This document shows, in pieces, positions 44,915 through 57,258 of a stretch of DNA of 64,000 nt (position 1 is its first letter; each line of letters starts with the position of its first letter). This stretch comes from an uncultured Gammaproteobacteria bacterium. GTDB taxonomy: Bacteria > Pseudomonadota > Gammaproteobacteria > SZUA-229. A model generated the notes under the pieces. The model was given only the letters and a program-made list of their open reading frames with translations, did no database searches and had not been told where the DNA came from. Position numbers and translations under genes: made by a program. The DNA is taken from NCBI GenBank assembly GCA_963807625.1, contig CAWECN010000013.1:2258-66257 (forward strand), read 5' to 3'.

Positions 44915-44972
44915 ACGGATAAAAAAATAAAAACTACCAACAAAATAATAAAGCCCGCTCAAGGCGGGCTTT
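44915..44972 (-). terminator. Rho-independent terminator of thiC
   Basis: Hairpin aaagcccgc-tcaa-ggcgggcttt. On the minus strand it is followed by a long T-rich tract (the complement of aaaaaaataaaaactaccaacaaaataataa). Confidence 0.7.
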
Positions 44973-45024
44973 AAGGTCCTTCGCATACGCTCAGGATGAC
45001 AGCTAATTTATTACAGAATAAAAA

Positions 45025-47130
<2,106 letters not shown>

Positions 47131-47156
47131 TTATCGATTAATCATGAAGGCGTTTT

Positions 47157-47819
47157 ATGGACTTCGAAAAAGCTCGTTTTAATATGGTCGAACAGCAGGT
47201 TCGCCCATGGGATGTACTCAATCCGCGTGTACTGGCGGTGATCAGCGAGATTCCTCGTGAACAGTTTGCCCCGGATGAATACAAGAACCTGGCTTATGTC
47301 GATACCCGCATCCCTTTAGGCAGTTATGAAGACCAGCCATGCACCATGGCCAACCCGACCATCGATGGCCGCATCCTGCAGGAACTGGATATTCAGGATG
47401 AAGACCTGATCCTCGAGATAGGTACTGGCAGCGGCTACCTGACTGCCTGCCTGGCAAAACTGGGCCGCCATGTAGACAGCGTTGATATCAACGAAGACAT
47501 GACCGCGATGGCAGAGAAAAACCTGCAGGCGCTAAATATCAATAATGTAAACCTTTCCACCGGTGATGCATCCAAGACCTGGGAACAGAAGCGGAATTAC
47601 GATGTTATCGCGATTACTGCTGCCATGAAGAGCATTCCACAGAGCTACAAGAAGATGCTGAAAACCGGTGGCAGGATGTTCGTGGTGACTGGCAAGGCGC
47701 CCGCGATGACCGCGCACCGTGTAACCCGCATCGGTAAAAACGAGTGGACCACCGAAGATCTGTTCGAGACATCAATCGAGCCGATAATCGAACCTGTTGA
47801 ACACAAATTTATATTTTAG
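47157..47819 (+). CDS. pcm: Protein-L-isoaspartate O-methyltransferase
   Basis: SAM motif LEIGTGSGYLTACLA and family-wide similarity (DVIAITAA, GGRMFVV). Confidence 0.85.
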   Translation: MDFEKARFNMVEQQVRPWDVLNPRVLAVISEIPREQFAPDEYKNLAYVDTRIPLGSYEDQPCTMANPTIDGRILQELDIQDEDLILEIGTGSGYLTACLAKLGRHVDSVDINEDMTAMAEKNLQALNINNVNLSTGDASKTWEQKRNYDVIAITAAMKSIPQSYKKMLKTGGRMFVVTGKAPAMTAHRVTRIGKNEWTTEDLFETSIEPIIEPVEHKFIF

Positions 47820-47823
47820 AATT

Positions 47824-48144
47824 ATGCTTGAACTTAATGCGCAAGAATTAAAGGCGCATCTTGAAACATGTGTCCAGCAGCCTTTATTGCTCGACGTGCG
47901 CCAACCCTGGGAATATGAGGTCTGCAAGATCGAGAACAGTGTATTACTGCCGATGTCACAGATCACAGCCGAATACAACTCACTGGATTTCGATCGCGAG
48001 ACAGTGGTCATATGCCACCATGGTATCCGCAGCCGTCGCGTCGGTCGTTACCTGGAAGAAGCAGGGTTTAGCAACATTATCAACCTGTCAGGCGGTGTCG
48101 CACAGTGGGCACAGACCGTCGATAAAGATATGCCGACATATTAG
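47824..48144 (+). CDS. Rhodanese-like single-domain sulfurtransferase
   Basis: Active-site loop CHHGIRS with catalytic Cys. The rhodanese fold is about 105 aa. The start is taken at MLELNAQ, just after the pcm stop. Confidence 0.75.
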   Translation: MLELNAQELKAHLETCVQQPLLLDVRQPWEYEVCKIENSVLLPMSQITAEYNSLDFDRETVVICHHGIRSRRVGRYLEEAGFSNIINLSGGVAQWAQTVDKDMPTY

Positions 48145-48183
48145 CAACACTTTTTAACCGTATAATTTAACAACCAAGAGAAC

Positions 48184-49548
48184 ATGATGAAAAAGCTTAC
48201 CCAGGGTGTCTTCAGTTTATTATTCTGTTCTATCGCAGCACCGTCTCTGGCACTTGACCTGAAAGAAGCCATGGATCTCGCTGAACAGTATGATACGACT
48301 TTCCAGGCAGCGTTTGCCGGTTACCTGGCAGCGTCTGAAGCATCCACACAGAGCACCTCTGCCGTGTTACCACAAGTCGGTTTCAACGCATATTACCAGC
48401 GTGGCGATACCGAGAATGACAGGAACGGCGTCGTCACTAAATCAGAAAATAACAGTGACGGTTACTCCCTCAATCTGAACCAGGTGATCTACGACAAGAC
48501 CACCTTTGATACTCTCGATCAAGGTGATGCCATCGTCGCCAAGGCTGTCGCCGATCTCGAAGTCGCCAAGCAGGAGACCATCGTGCGTGTCGCCACCGCT
48601 TATTTCGATGTACTGACTGCTATCGACACACTGGAGACCGCGACTGCTGAGAGGTTAGCCATCGGTAAGCAGCTGGAACAGAGTACCGAACGTTTTAACG
48701 TGGGTCTGTCGGCGATCACCGATGTCAAAGAACAACAGGCCAGTTATGACGTTTCCAAGGCAGATGAGATCATCGCTACCAATGACCTGTCGAATAAACG
48801 TGAAGCGCTGCGTTTCATCATCAATACCTACCCGGAAAACCTGAAGGTTGCTGATGAGAATATGCCACTGGTCATACCTGAACCGATGAACATCGATGCA
48901 TGGGTAGATAAATCACTGCAGAATAATTTTTCGATCATGTCAGCCAACTATTCGCTCAAGGCCGCACAGAGTGCCTATGATGGCAGCAAGGGAGGTCACT
49001 ATCCGACACTCAGTTTCAACGCGTCCTATGGTGTAAACAGTATCGGTGAGCGCGATTTTGGTATCGGTACCGTGATACCCCCATATGACAATACAGATAC
49101 CAAGGTCATGTTCAACCTGGATGTACCTATCTACAAAGGCGGCTTGACCAGTTCAACCGTTCGCCAGAGAGCCTCGGAACGCGACCAGGCACAGGCACTG
49201 CTCGAACAGGAAAGGCGACGCACCACAGGTCTGGCACGTAGCGCCTACCTGAGCCTGGAAGCAGATATCGCCAACGTGAAAGCCAGGAGACAGGCCATCA
49301 TCTCTACCCAGACATCACTGGATGCGACACTGGCTGGCTACGATGCCGGCACACGTACCAGTGTTGACGTACTGTTATCACAACGCCTGTTATTTAGTGC
49401 CCAGCGTGATTACTCGGTAGCACGTTACACCTACCTTTCCAACAACCTGAGACTGAAACAGGTCGCCGGTATCCTTACCCCGAAAGATATCGATGCAATA
49501 AACGAATGGCTCATCGAAAGACCAACCAAAGAAGATCAGAGCAACTAG
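48184..49548 (+). CDS. tolC: TolC family outer-membrane efflux channel
   Basis: Signal peptide, two-repeat TolC architecture, and conserved motifs of the OEP family. Confidence 0.8.
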   Translation: MMKKLTQGVFSLLFCSIAAPSLALDLKEAMDLAEQYDTTFQAAFAGYLAASEASTQSTSAVLPQVGFNAYYQRGDTENDRNGVVTKSENNSDGYSLNLNQVIYDKTTFDTLDQGDAIVAKAVADLEVAKQETIVRVATAYFDVLTAIDTLETATAERLAIGKQLEQSTERFNVGLSAITDVKEQQASYDVSKADEIIATNDLSNKREALRFIINTYPENLKVADENMPLVIPEPMNIDAWVDKSLQNNFSIMSANYSLKAAQSAYDGSKGGHYPTLSFNASYGVNSIGERDFGIGTVIPPYDNTDTKVMFNLDVPIYKGGLTSSTVRQRASERDQAQALLEQERRRTTGLARSAYLSLEADIANVKARRQAIISTQTSLDATLAGYDAGTRTSVDVLLSQRLLFSAQRDYSVARYTYLSNNLRLKQVAGILTPKDIDAINEWLIERPTKEDQSN

Positions 49549-49588
49549 CAGTAAACACACCGATAAGCCCATCGGATATTCGCTACTG

Positions 49589-50548
49589 GTGAACAAAACA
49601 GTCAACAGATCACTACAGTTAAGCGCCTACCTGGCGCCCAAATACTGGCCAGTATGGTTTGCCATCGGATTATTGCGGTTAGCGACCTTTCTACCGGTGT
49701 CGACGCTGCAAGCGATGGGTTCTGCACTGGGCATCTTCATCTATCGTATCGTGCCATCGAGAAGGCGTGCCGCCCGTATCAATCTAAAACAGGCATACCC
49801 TGATTTCTCTGATGAAGAAATCGATGTGCTCAATAAAAAATCATTCAGAAGTCTTGGCATCTCGATCTTCGAAACTGGAATCGCCTGGTTCACCAGGAGT
49901 GAAGCCTTACAGAATATATGCCAGATCGAAGGCAAGGAACATCTCGACGCGGCGATGGCAAAGGGCAAAGGTGTACTCTTATTGACCGGTCACTTCACCA
50001 CACTGGAGATGGGCGGACACCTGATCGGTACCTACGTCGATAAATACAACGCCGTGTTCAAACGGGCACACAACCCCCTGTTCAACGCACTGATGGTGCA
50101 CTACCGCTCAAAGATGGGTGACGACCTTATAGAAACCCGTAACGTTCGCGCCATCATCAAAGGCCTGAAAAGCGGGCACGCGACCTGGTTTGGTCCCGAT
50201 CAGGATTTTGCCGACCAGGACATCGTATTCACCCCCTTCCTCGGTGGTACCGCCTCTACCTTAACTGCCACCGCCAAGCTGGCGAAGATGACTGGCGCTG
50301 CCGTGGTCCCTTTCTATCCGGTACGGCTGGAAAAAGGCAAGGGCTACAAACTCATCGTGAGCCCTGCACTGGAGAACTTTCCTTCCGATGATATCGAGGC
50401 CGATAGCGCCAGGGTGAATGAGACCATCGAAGCCATGGTGTACAACCAGCCGGAACAGTACCTGTGGTCACACAAACGCTTCAAGACACAAGCTGATCGT
50501 AAAACGAATATTTACGCTTATATAGAATGTTTTTCTATCGCTTGTTAA
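49589..50548 (+). CDS. Lipid A biosynthesis lauroyl/myristoyl acyltransferase (LpxL/LpxM family)
   Basis: N-terminal TM anchor, HX4D-type motif in LLLTGHFTTLEMG, PDQD motif, and length 319 aa. Confidence 0.85.
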   Translation: MNKTVNRSLQLSAYLAPKYWPVWFAIGLLRLATFLPVSTLQAMGSALGIFIYRIVPSRRRAARINLKQAYPDFSDEEIDVLNKKSFRSLGISIFETGIAWFTRSEALQNICQIEGKEHLDAAMAKGKGVLLLTGHFTTLEMGGHLIGTYVDKYNAVFKRAHNPLFNALMVHYRSKMGDDLIETRNVRAIIKGLKSGHATWFGPDQDFADQDIVFTPFLGGTASTLTATAKLAKMTGAAVVPFYPVRLEKGKGYKLIVSPALENFPSDDIEADSARVNETIEAMVYNQPEQYLWSHKRFKTQADRKTNIYAYIECFSIAC

Positions 50549-51768
50549 TCGATTGTTCTTAAGCCCAGCTCATCCTGGGCCATATCATCTGGAAATCGGT
50601 CAAGTAATAAACACAGCCGTTACTTCTGGCAACGGCTCGGATTTAGTTATTCAAAACTGCCTAAAGAAGTGCCTATGGTTTCATTGCGCATCTGTCGGCG
50701 AAGTGAATACCTTGCTACCGCTTTTAAAAAATCTACATTCAAAAAATAATCAATTAAAATTCATTATCACAACAAACACCATTACTGGCAGTAAAATTGT
50801 CAAACAGACAGAAACTAAATTACCTGTTTCACAGCTACCTTCCATTTGACTGGCGCTTTAGCGTTAACCGTTTTCTCACCATAACAAACCCTGCTGCACT
50901 CTATGTTTTAGAAACTGAAATATGGCCGAATCTGTTTAACCTGTGCTTTAACAAAGGCGTCGCCATACACATCATCAATGCGCGCTTGTCCAGCAAAACC
51001 ACCTCTGCAAAACCCTGGTTAAAAGCCCTGCTTAAAACTGCCCTGTCGAAAGTTGACACTATTTCTGCCCGCTCTGAACAAGAAGCTTTTGCATATGAGT
51101 TACTCGGTGCCGATAAAAACAAAATATCAACTGTCGGCAACTTAAAACTCACCACCGCTCTGAGCAAGCATCAATTTACGGAGGATAGTAATTTTTCAAT
51201 AGCCCGGGGTTATGTCCTTGTTGCCTCCACCCATGATGATGAAGAATGTCAGATTTATACTATCTGGAAAAAATTAAACCGGGAAGAGCTTCTTATTATT
51301 GTGCCAAGACACCCTGAACGAGCAGCATCTATCGCCAAAAAACTCAACTGCGATAACCTGTCCATAAGAAGTAAAAAACAGCCCATAACAGATAAAACTA
51401 AAGTATTTTTACTCGACACAGTAGGTGAGTTAAACAACTATTTTAAAAATGCAAAACTTGTCATTATGGGTGGTTCGTTTACACCAATAGGCGGACACAA
51501 TATTTTAGAACCTGCCAGTTATAATAATGCGGTCATCACCGGGCCTTACATGGAAAACTTTAAAGAAGAACTGGAATTGATGATTGACAAAAATGCGATT
51601 ATTCAAGTTAGTTCTTTTGATACCTTAGGTCGAGAATTAACAAAGTTGCTGGATAATAAAAATCACAGAACAACATTACAAAAACATACGAAAGAATTAA
51701 CACATAACGCAGAAGTAATACTCGATAGCTATACCACGCTGATACTTAATCATTTAAGCCAACGTTAA
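50527..51768 (+). pseudogene. waaA: Kdo transferase (waaA/kdtA) interrupted by at least two, probably three, +1 frameshifts in its first 300 nt
   Basis: WaaA-like segments occur in three successive frames. Frame 2: ...RYFWQRLGFSYSKLPKEVPMV, which I align to E. coli RKRWGERYGFYRHPLKPGGIML. Frame 0: WFHCASVGEVNTLLPLLKNL...TTNTITGSKIVKQTETKL. Frame 1 (50797-51768): NYLFHSYLPFD...VLETEIWPNLF... through the C-terminus. The switches occur at the ttt run near 50655-50665 and the aaa run near 50805-50815. A possible short first frame (ATG 50527, MFFYRLLID) overlaps the lpxL-like stop. Confidence 0.6.
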
Positions 51769-51978
51769 TACTTGTTATTCTAGACTAAGCTGACGGTTAA
51801 CCAGTCGAGCTCATATTTGACACGCCGACTCAGATAAAACTCCATGCAAAACACCACAATCTGACGTCCGTGATTGTGGCTGGCAGGGAAAAAATGCGGC
51901 CCAAAAACGGACAATTAGAATCTATTAAATCCCAACCCCTTCGTTACTTTCGATTGCGGACTTGTACACATATATGTG

Positions 51979-52716
51979 TTATATACCCAGACGCCGTAAT
52001 AAACGATTTAATTCTTTTTTAAGGCGTTTAGTGAGGCTTATTTTAGGAAATTTGTAATCTGGGAAGAGCTGTATCCCTGTATGTAAATGAACAGGTTCCT
52101 CCATAGTTCGCTTTTCAATAACCAGAACGCTATCATAATAATGTAATGAGTGAACCGATTTGGTAAACTCATTCACACTTAAGCGGCTTGTTTTTGAATG
52201 CCATGCATTTATGTAGTCAATAAATCGTTTACTATATTCAATATATGAATCACTCTTTTTATAGCCCCCGCCAAATCCATACCAGTATGAAGTGTGTAAA
52301 TCTTCACAAAGATAGACACCATTTTCCTCGACTTTGTAGAACAGCTCCTCAAAAGTGTTAATTTGTTGCTTCATAGTGTGACCGCCATCATCAATTAAAA
52401 TATCAATGCGTGGTATTTTTCCGGCTAGCGATTTTAAAAATGTTCGATCTTCCTGGTCACCTATAAAAATTTGAACTTGATCATCTGCAAACTGACTGCA
52501 ATCTGGATTAATATCGACGCCGTATATTTTACAATCTGGACCAAAATAGTCCTTCCACATTAGTAGAGAACCACCTTGTGATACACCAAACTCAACAATG
52601 TGAACATCAGTACCCCTGTAGTGCGAAAAATGTCGATCATAAATTTCAAAATAATGTTGCCATTTGTCAATCAGTCGCCCTGTATTGTTTGTGAAAAATT
52701 TTTCTAAATCATTCAT
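51979..52716 (-). CDS. Class I SAM-dependent O-methyltransferase-like protein (CmcI/TylF-like), probably LPS or glycan modification
   Basis: Motif VEFGVSQGGSLLMW, an acidic DxGxH region (ILIDDGGH), and its location within the LPS core cluster. Confidence 0.55.
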   Translation of the reverse strand: MNDLEKFFTNNTGRLIDKWQHYFEIYDRHFSHYRGTDVHIVEFGVSQGGSLLMWKDYFGPDCKIYGVDINPDCSQFADDQVQIFIGDQEDRTFLKSLAGKIPRIDILIDDGGHTMKQQINTFEELFYKVEENGVYLCEDLHTSYWYGFGGGYKKSDSYIEYSKRFIDYINAWHSKTSRLSVNEFTKSVHSLHYYDSVLVIEKRTMEEPVHLHTGIQLFPDYKFPKISLTKRLKKELNRLLRRLGI

Positions 52717-52955
52717 AACTGGATACTCAGTTCTAATTGCTTTATTGAATCATTATACAAATACACTGGATTAAGAGTATTGTCGAGTGCCCAAAGTGGG
52801 GCGACGCCCCCAATTTTGCCATAATTAATAAGCATCCGTTATGGTTAATCCATATCTATTAATATAGGTAGAAATAAATATTTGAAATGGCCGATTAGGT
52901 TTGAACTACTAGCGTTTATTGCTTTTGCTGAAAACTGCCTACTGCCTACTTAAAA

Positions 52956-53717
52956 CTATCTTTTCACATACCCATCTAAAAAAGCAGACCAATCGTCTTC
53001 ATCGAAGTTAAAACCATCTGTGTTTTTTTTAAACTTTAACAATGATCGCTTCAAACGCGAAATATTATCCATCTTCCAGGAATCTGGACCTATCCGGATA
53101 TTACTATTATCAAAATCTATCAGGTAAATTTTCATGCTTTCAGTAAGCAGAATATTTCTGGCATTTAAGTCAGCATGATACACATTATTTTGATGAAATA
53201 ATTTGATGCATGCGCCGATTTTTTTCCATTGTTCAACATCAATGCTGCTTTCACTTAAAACATCAGCAAGCGTTTTTGTATTTTTAATTTCCTCAGTTAT
53301 TAAATCTGCCCTATACGACACTAATGCTTTTTCAACGTGCGCAGCCACCGCTTGCGGTACGGGCAGACCAAACTCGTTCATTTTTTTTAATAAATGAAAC
53401 TCTCTAAATGAACGTGACTTTATAATGCTGAAACCAAGGTAACGGTCTTTTAAAATTGATGCCACTGCACCGCCTCGATAATAGTGTTTCAGTACGAATG
53501 ATTTTTCACCTTGCGAGAAATAGACGACCCGGGCTCTTCCTATTCCACCCTGCTGCCCGACCGGTGTGTGAGATTCCGATTTATTTTGCTGATAACACTG
53601 ATTAGTGTGATAATCGCGATTAAATAACTGCAATGTCGGTTCAGCTATAATGCTGGCATCATATAGAATATATGAATTACCTGTTTTACTGATTTTTAAA
53701 TTTTTATCCAATGACAT
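52956..53717 (-). CDS. kdkA: 3-deoxy-D-manno-octulosonic acid (Kdo) kinase
   Basis: Kinase catalytic loop YHADLNARNILL and DFD motif (LIDFDNS). Length 253 aa. It lies next to waaA and heptosyltransferase genes. Confidence 0.8.
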   Translation of the reverse strand: MSLDKNLKISKTGNSYILYDASIIAEPTLQLFNRDYHTNQCYQQNKSESHTPVGQQGGIGRARVVYFSQGEKSFVLKHYYRGGAVASILKDRYLGFSIIKSRSFREFHLLKKMNEFGLPVPQAVAAHVEKALVSYRADLITEEIKNTKTLADVLSESSIDVEQWKKIGACIKLFHQNNVYHADLNARNILLTESMKIYLIDFDNSNIRIGPDSWKMDNISRLKRSLLKFKKNTDGFNFDEDDWSAFLDGYVKR

Positions 53718-53744
53718 TTAAAAGTTTAATCCAACGATGATTTA

Positions 53745-54836
53745 ATGGCCTCTGCTCAGACATATTCACGCGACAATCCGCCACAAACATTATGTCTGTT
53801 ACGACTGTCTGCCCTGGGTGATATTACGCATGTTTTACCTACTTTGCGAACATTGCAGAAGCACTGGCCACAGACAAAGATCTCCTGGATCATCGGTAAA
53901 ACAGAATACCAGCTGGTCAAAGACCTCGAGGACATCCATTTTATTATCTTCGACAAATCAGCTGGTCGCGCGTCTTACCGGGAACTGAAAAGACAGGTTA
54001 AGCATCACCTCGATGGCCAGAAGTTTGATGTGCTGCTGCACATGCAGTTATCCATCCGCGCCTCGGTCGCCAGCCTGTTCATACCTGCAAAGATCAAGCT
54101 GGGTTTTGACCGGGCCCGCGCCAAGGACATGCAGTCATTATTCTGCAACCGACAGATCAGGCCTGCATCTCTACGCCAGCATGTACTCGACAGCTTCCTC
54201 GAGTTCCCTGGTTATTTTGGCCTCGAACCCGTTTTCGAATGGCGGCTGCCGGTGTCTCAGGCTGCTATCGAGAGTATAAAAAAACGACTACCGACGGATA
54301 AAAAATTATTTGTCATCAATCCCTGTGCCGTCGCCAAATCAAAGAACTGGCGCAACTGGAGTGCCGAAGGTTATGCCGCTATCGCTGACCTGGTCAGTGA
54401 CAGCTATGGTATGCAGGTTGTTCTGACTGGCGGCAACAGCCCGCTTGAAACAGAGATGGCTGATAATATTCTTTCGTTATGCCAATCGGCTAAACCGCTT
54501 AACTTTATCGGCAGGACCAGTATCGATGAACTGGTCGCAGTACTACAACTGGCCGACATAGTGATCGCCCCCGATACCGGGCCGGTCCATATCGCCAGCG
54601 CACTGGGCACCGATACGATCGGCCTGTATGCGGCGACCAACCCTGATCGTGCCGGGCCTTATAACCACATGGGCTATGTCGTCAGCAAATACCCGCAAGC
54701 CCTGTTAGAGTACAATAATAAGACCGTTGAACAGGCTTCCTGGGGAGAACGCATAAAAACCGCGGAATGCATGAAACTGATCACTATTGACGATGTAATA
54801 ATACAGATCGAAAATATTCACAGGCCATCAACTTGA
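53745..54836 (+). CDS. Glycosyltransferase family 9 (LPS heptosyltransferase)
   Basis: N-terminal LRLSALGDITHVLP motif and C-terminal GT9 core (GPDTGPVHIASALG). Confidence 0.8.
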   Translation: MASAQTYSRDNPPQTLCLLRLSALGDITHVLPTLRTLQKHWPQTKISWIIGKTEYQLVKDLEDIHFIIFDKSAGRASYRELKRQVKHHLDGQKFDVLLHMQLSIRASVASLFIPAKIKLGFDRARAKDMQSLFCNRQIRPASLRQHVLDSFLEFPGYFGLEPVFEWRLPVSQAAIESIKKRLPTDKKLFVINPCAVAKSKNWRNWSAEGYAAIADLVSDSYGMQVVLTGGNSPLETEMADNILSLCQSAKPLNFIGRTSIDELVAVLQLADIVIAPDTGPVHIASALGTDTIGLYAATNPDRAGPYNHMGYVVSKYPQALLEYNNKTVEQASWGERIKTAECMKLITIDDVIIQIENIHRPST

Positions 54837-54885
54837 ACAGCCACTTGAACAGCAACTCGAATGACAACCTGAACATGAAAACAGC

Positions 54886-55626
54886 ATGACACATAAATAC
54901 AGAATAATCGGCTGCATTCCAGCCAGATACGCATCGACACGGCTGCCAGGAAAACCGCTATCAGATATCAACGGCAAACCGATGATCCTGCATGTACTCG
55001 AGCGGGCATTGCAGGCGGCAACGCTGAGCGATGTCATCGTATTGACAGATGACCAGCGAATATATGACGTGGTAAATAAAGCAGGATACAGCGTCGCTAT
55101 GACGTCTGAAAACTGTGCATCAGGCACCGACCGCATCGCCGAATACATGCAGGAATCTAATGCTGATATTTTCGTCAATATACAGGGTGACGAAGTAACG
55201 CTAGACCCGCTGCACATCAACCACCTGGTACACAGCTTCGTTGATCAGACAAAACCGCAGATGGGTACACTGTCACACTGGTGTGAAGACAAGTCTGTTT
55301 TAGCAGCACCGTCAAATGTCAAAGTCGTAACATCTATTAGTGGCAATGCCCTGTATTTTTCCAGGAACATGATACCGGTCACACAGCAGGGTGAGATCGC
55401 CGACCGCGGGCAGATCCATATCGGTGTATATATCTACACCCGTGAGACATTGACCCGGTTGATGCAACTGGAACAGACGCCGCTAGAGCAGACCGAAAAG
55501 CTGGAACAGCTACGTGCACTGGAAAATGATATCGCCATCAATGTAACGACACTGGAAGATTACCAGGGGCTGGCAGTAGACACGCCGGAAGATCTGGAGA
55601 GAGCGCGGGACCTGTTTAAAAACTGA
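54886..55626 (+). CDS. kdsB: 3-deoxy-manno-octulosonate cytidylyltransferase (CMP-Kdo synthetase)
   Basis: N-terminal IPARYASTRLPGKPL and family-wide motifs (SGTDRIAE, NIQGDE). Confidence 0.9.
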   Translation: MTHKYRIIGCIPARYASTRLPGKPLSDINGKPMILHVLERALQAATLSDVIVLTDDQRIYDVVNKAGYSVAMTSENCASGTDRIAEYMQESNADIFVNIQGDEVTLDPLHINHLVHSFVDQTKPQMGTLSHWCEDKSVLAAPSNVKVVTSISGNALYFSRNMIPVTQQGEIADRGQIHIGVYIYTRETLTRLMQLEQTPLEQTEKLEQLRALENDIAINVTTLEDYQGLAVDTPEDLERARDLFKN

Positions 55627-55678
55627 CCGTAGCTGTTACTGAAACTTCACTCAACAGCCGAAGATACACCAGTAGCGG

Positions 55679-57064
55679 CTACTCCTTACAGCCTTTATAC
55701 TCACTGGTATATTCAGCATCTTTGGTGATACTGAACTCGTCCCTGACCTGCCCTTCATTATTGATAAAACGCGCCGTCAGCTTGTTGTCCACCACATCGA
55801 TGACCATGGAACCCGCTTCAAGAAAACCGGTATGGTGTGACGGGTGATCGATCGGGCCGCTATCGACATTTGATGACGAGCCGGCGATAGTATAGATCGT
55901 GCCCTGATGTGCTTTTGGCTGCAGCGGCTTTTTATATTGCTTATGTTTACCCTCTATACCCTCTGACACGATATTTTCTGCAGAGAACTCGTCGGATGAG
56001 CCATAGGCACAATCCATCAGGTAGGAACGCTCGTACATATGGCTATGACCGGAAAGCACCAGGTCGACGCCGGCCTGTTCCAGGATAGGCAGGATATTTT
56101 CTCTCATATCCTGCATCCTGCCACGGCTATCATATTCCTCGTCAGAATCATGGCTGCCCTTGGTATAAGGCGGATGATGAAAGGCGACGACGGTCCACGG
56201 TTTGTCATTCTCTGCCAGGTCACGCTCTAACCAGCTGGCCATTTCTCCTGTTTTCGAACGATCGCTGGCCTGCGAGTCAAGCATCACAAAATGGACATTC
56301 GAATAGTCGATCGCGTAATAATTTTCTGTTCTTGAGGCAACGCCGCCAGCTTCTGCACTTTTTGGCAGGTCGAACACCCTGAAATAGGTCCATCGGCGAT
56401 CATCATGGTTACCATAAACCGGCCATAACGCGGTGTTGGCCAGCTGATCACCGAATGTATCAAACAGGGCGGCCTGGAACTGTGCATTGGTGCCCGAGGT
56501 ATACGCGAGGTCACCCAGTGAAATCCAGATATCGACCAGTGGATCAGTATTAGATGTCTCATCTGAGGATTCCTGCCCAGGGTCGATTGGATTACCCTGC
56601 ATCCAGCTCAGTGCGGAATCACGCACCTGGTTTACTGTTTCACCCGGGTTACCCGAATCACCGATGACCCATATCCGGGTAGACGTCACTGTTTCAGGGT
56701 GAGTGTAGAACCACTGCTTCTCGATATTAGTATTATCGTATCCACTGACTCTGCCAGTCTGATAATAGTAACGTGTCCCCGGCTTTAGATTCGTAAGTCT
56801 TACCATATGATTTTTGGTAGACGAGCCTTCGATCATGATGCTCGGCATATGCTCCCGGTTCTGACCGTAGCGGACAACACCGAGTTGACTGTCTTCTGTC
56901 ATCCAGCGGATAACCGCGCTCTCTGAAGTCACCATCTGTATATAAGGTGCGCGATAACCTGTTAACAGGCTCCCCTGGAATACGACTACGAAACGACCGA
57001 CCGCGTAAACAAGCGCGATGAAAACGAGAAATTTAACAAGCTTTTTTATCAATGACATTAACAA
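55679..57064 (-). CDS. Membrane-anchored purple-acid-phosphatase-like metallophosphoesterase
   Basis: N-terminal TM helix, a PAP-type N-terminal beta domain, and the five metallophosphatase motifs (GDSG, GDLAY, GNHD, AFHHPPY, GHSHMYER). Confidence 0.75.
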   Translation of the reverse strand: MLMSLIKKLVKFLVFIALVYAVGRFVVVFQGSLLTGYRAPYIQMVTSESAVIRWMTEDSQLGVVRYGQNREHMPSIMIEGSSTKNHMVRLTNLKPGTRYYYQTGRVSGYDNTNIEKQWFYTHPETVTSTRIWVIGDSGNPGETVNQVRDSALSWMQGNPIDPGQESSDETSNTDPLVDIWISLGDLAYTSGTNAQFQAALFDTFGDQLANTALWPVYGNHDDRRWTYFRVFDLPKSAEAGGVASRTENYYAIDYSNVHFVMLDSQASDRSKTGEMASWLERDLAENDKPWTVVAFHHPPYTKGSHDSDEEYDSRGRMQDMRENILPILEQAGVDLVLSGHSHMYERSYLMDCAYGSSDEFSAENIVSEGIEGKHKQYKKPLQPKAHQGTIYTIAGSSSNVDSGPIDHPSHHTGFLEAGSMVIDVVDNKLTARFINNEGQVRDEFSITKDAEYTSEYKGCKE

Positions 57065-57258
57065 CAGTATGACACACCAGAAGGATATATATCTTGTTGA
57101 TTATGATACAATACACGGCGTTTAGTAATAAATTAGTACATTAATTTTACGAGTTAATTTGATGTACAACAACTAAATATCAAATATGAACACATCGTGA
57201 TATCCAGACCGATCAACAATAATAAATTCCCTGCATCTGCTCACATTATCATCCGACC

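Noticed and set aside
44507-44943. ORFs 44507-44722(+), 44555-44854(-), 44719-44943(-) in the thiC-downstream gap
   Set aside because: They have no SD sequence and biased, non-protein-like composition. They overlap each other and the terminator. The region is treated as non-coding.
50553-51768. The track's two separate ORFs (50553-50849 and 50797-51768) read as two genes
   Set aside because: Both pieces, plus an upstream segment in a third frame, align to consecutive parts of WaaA. This is one frameshifted gene, not two.
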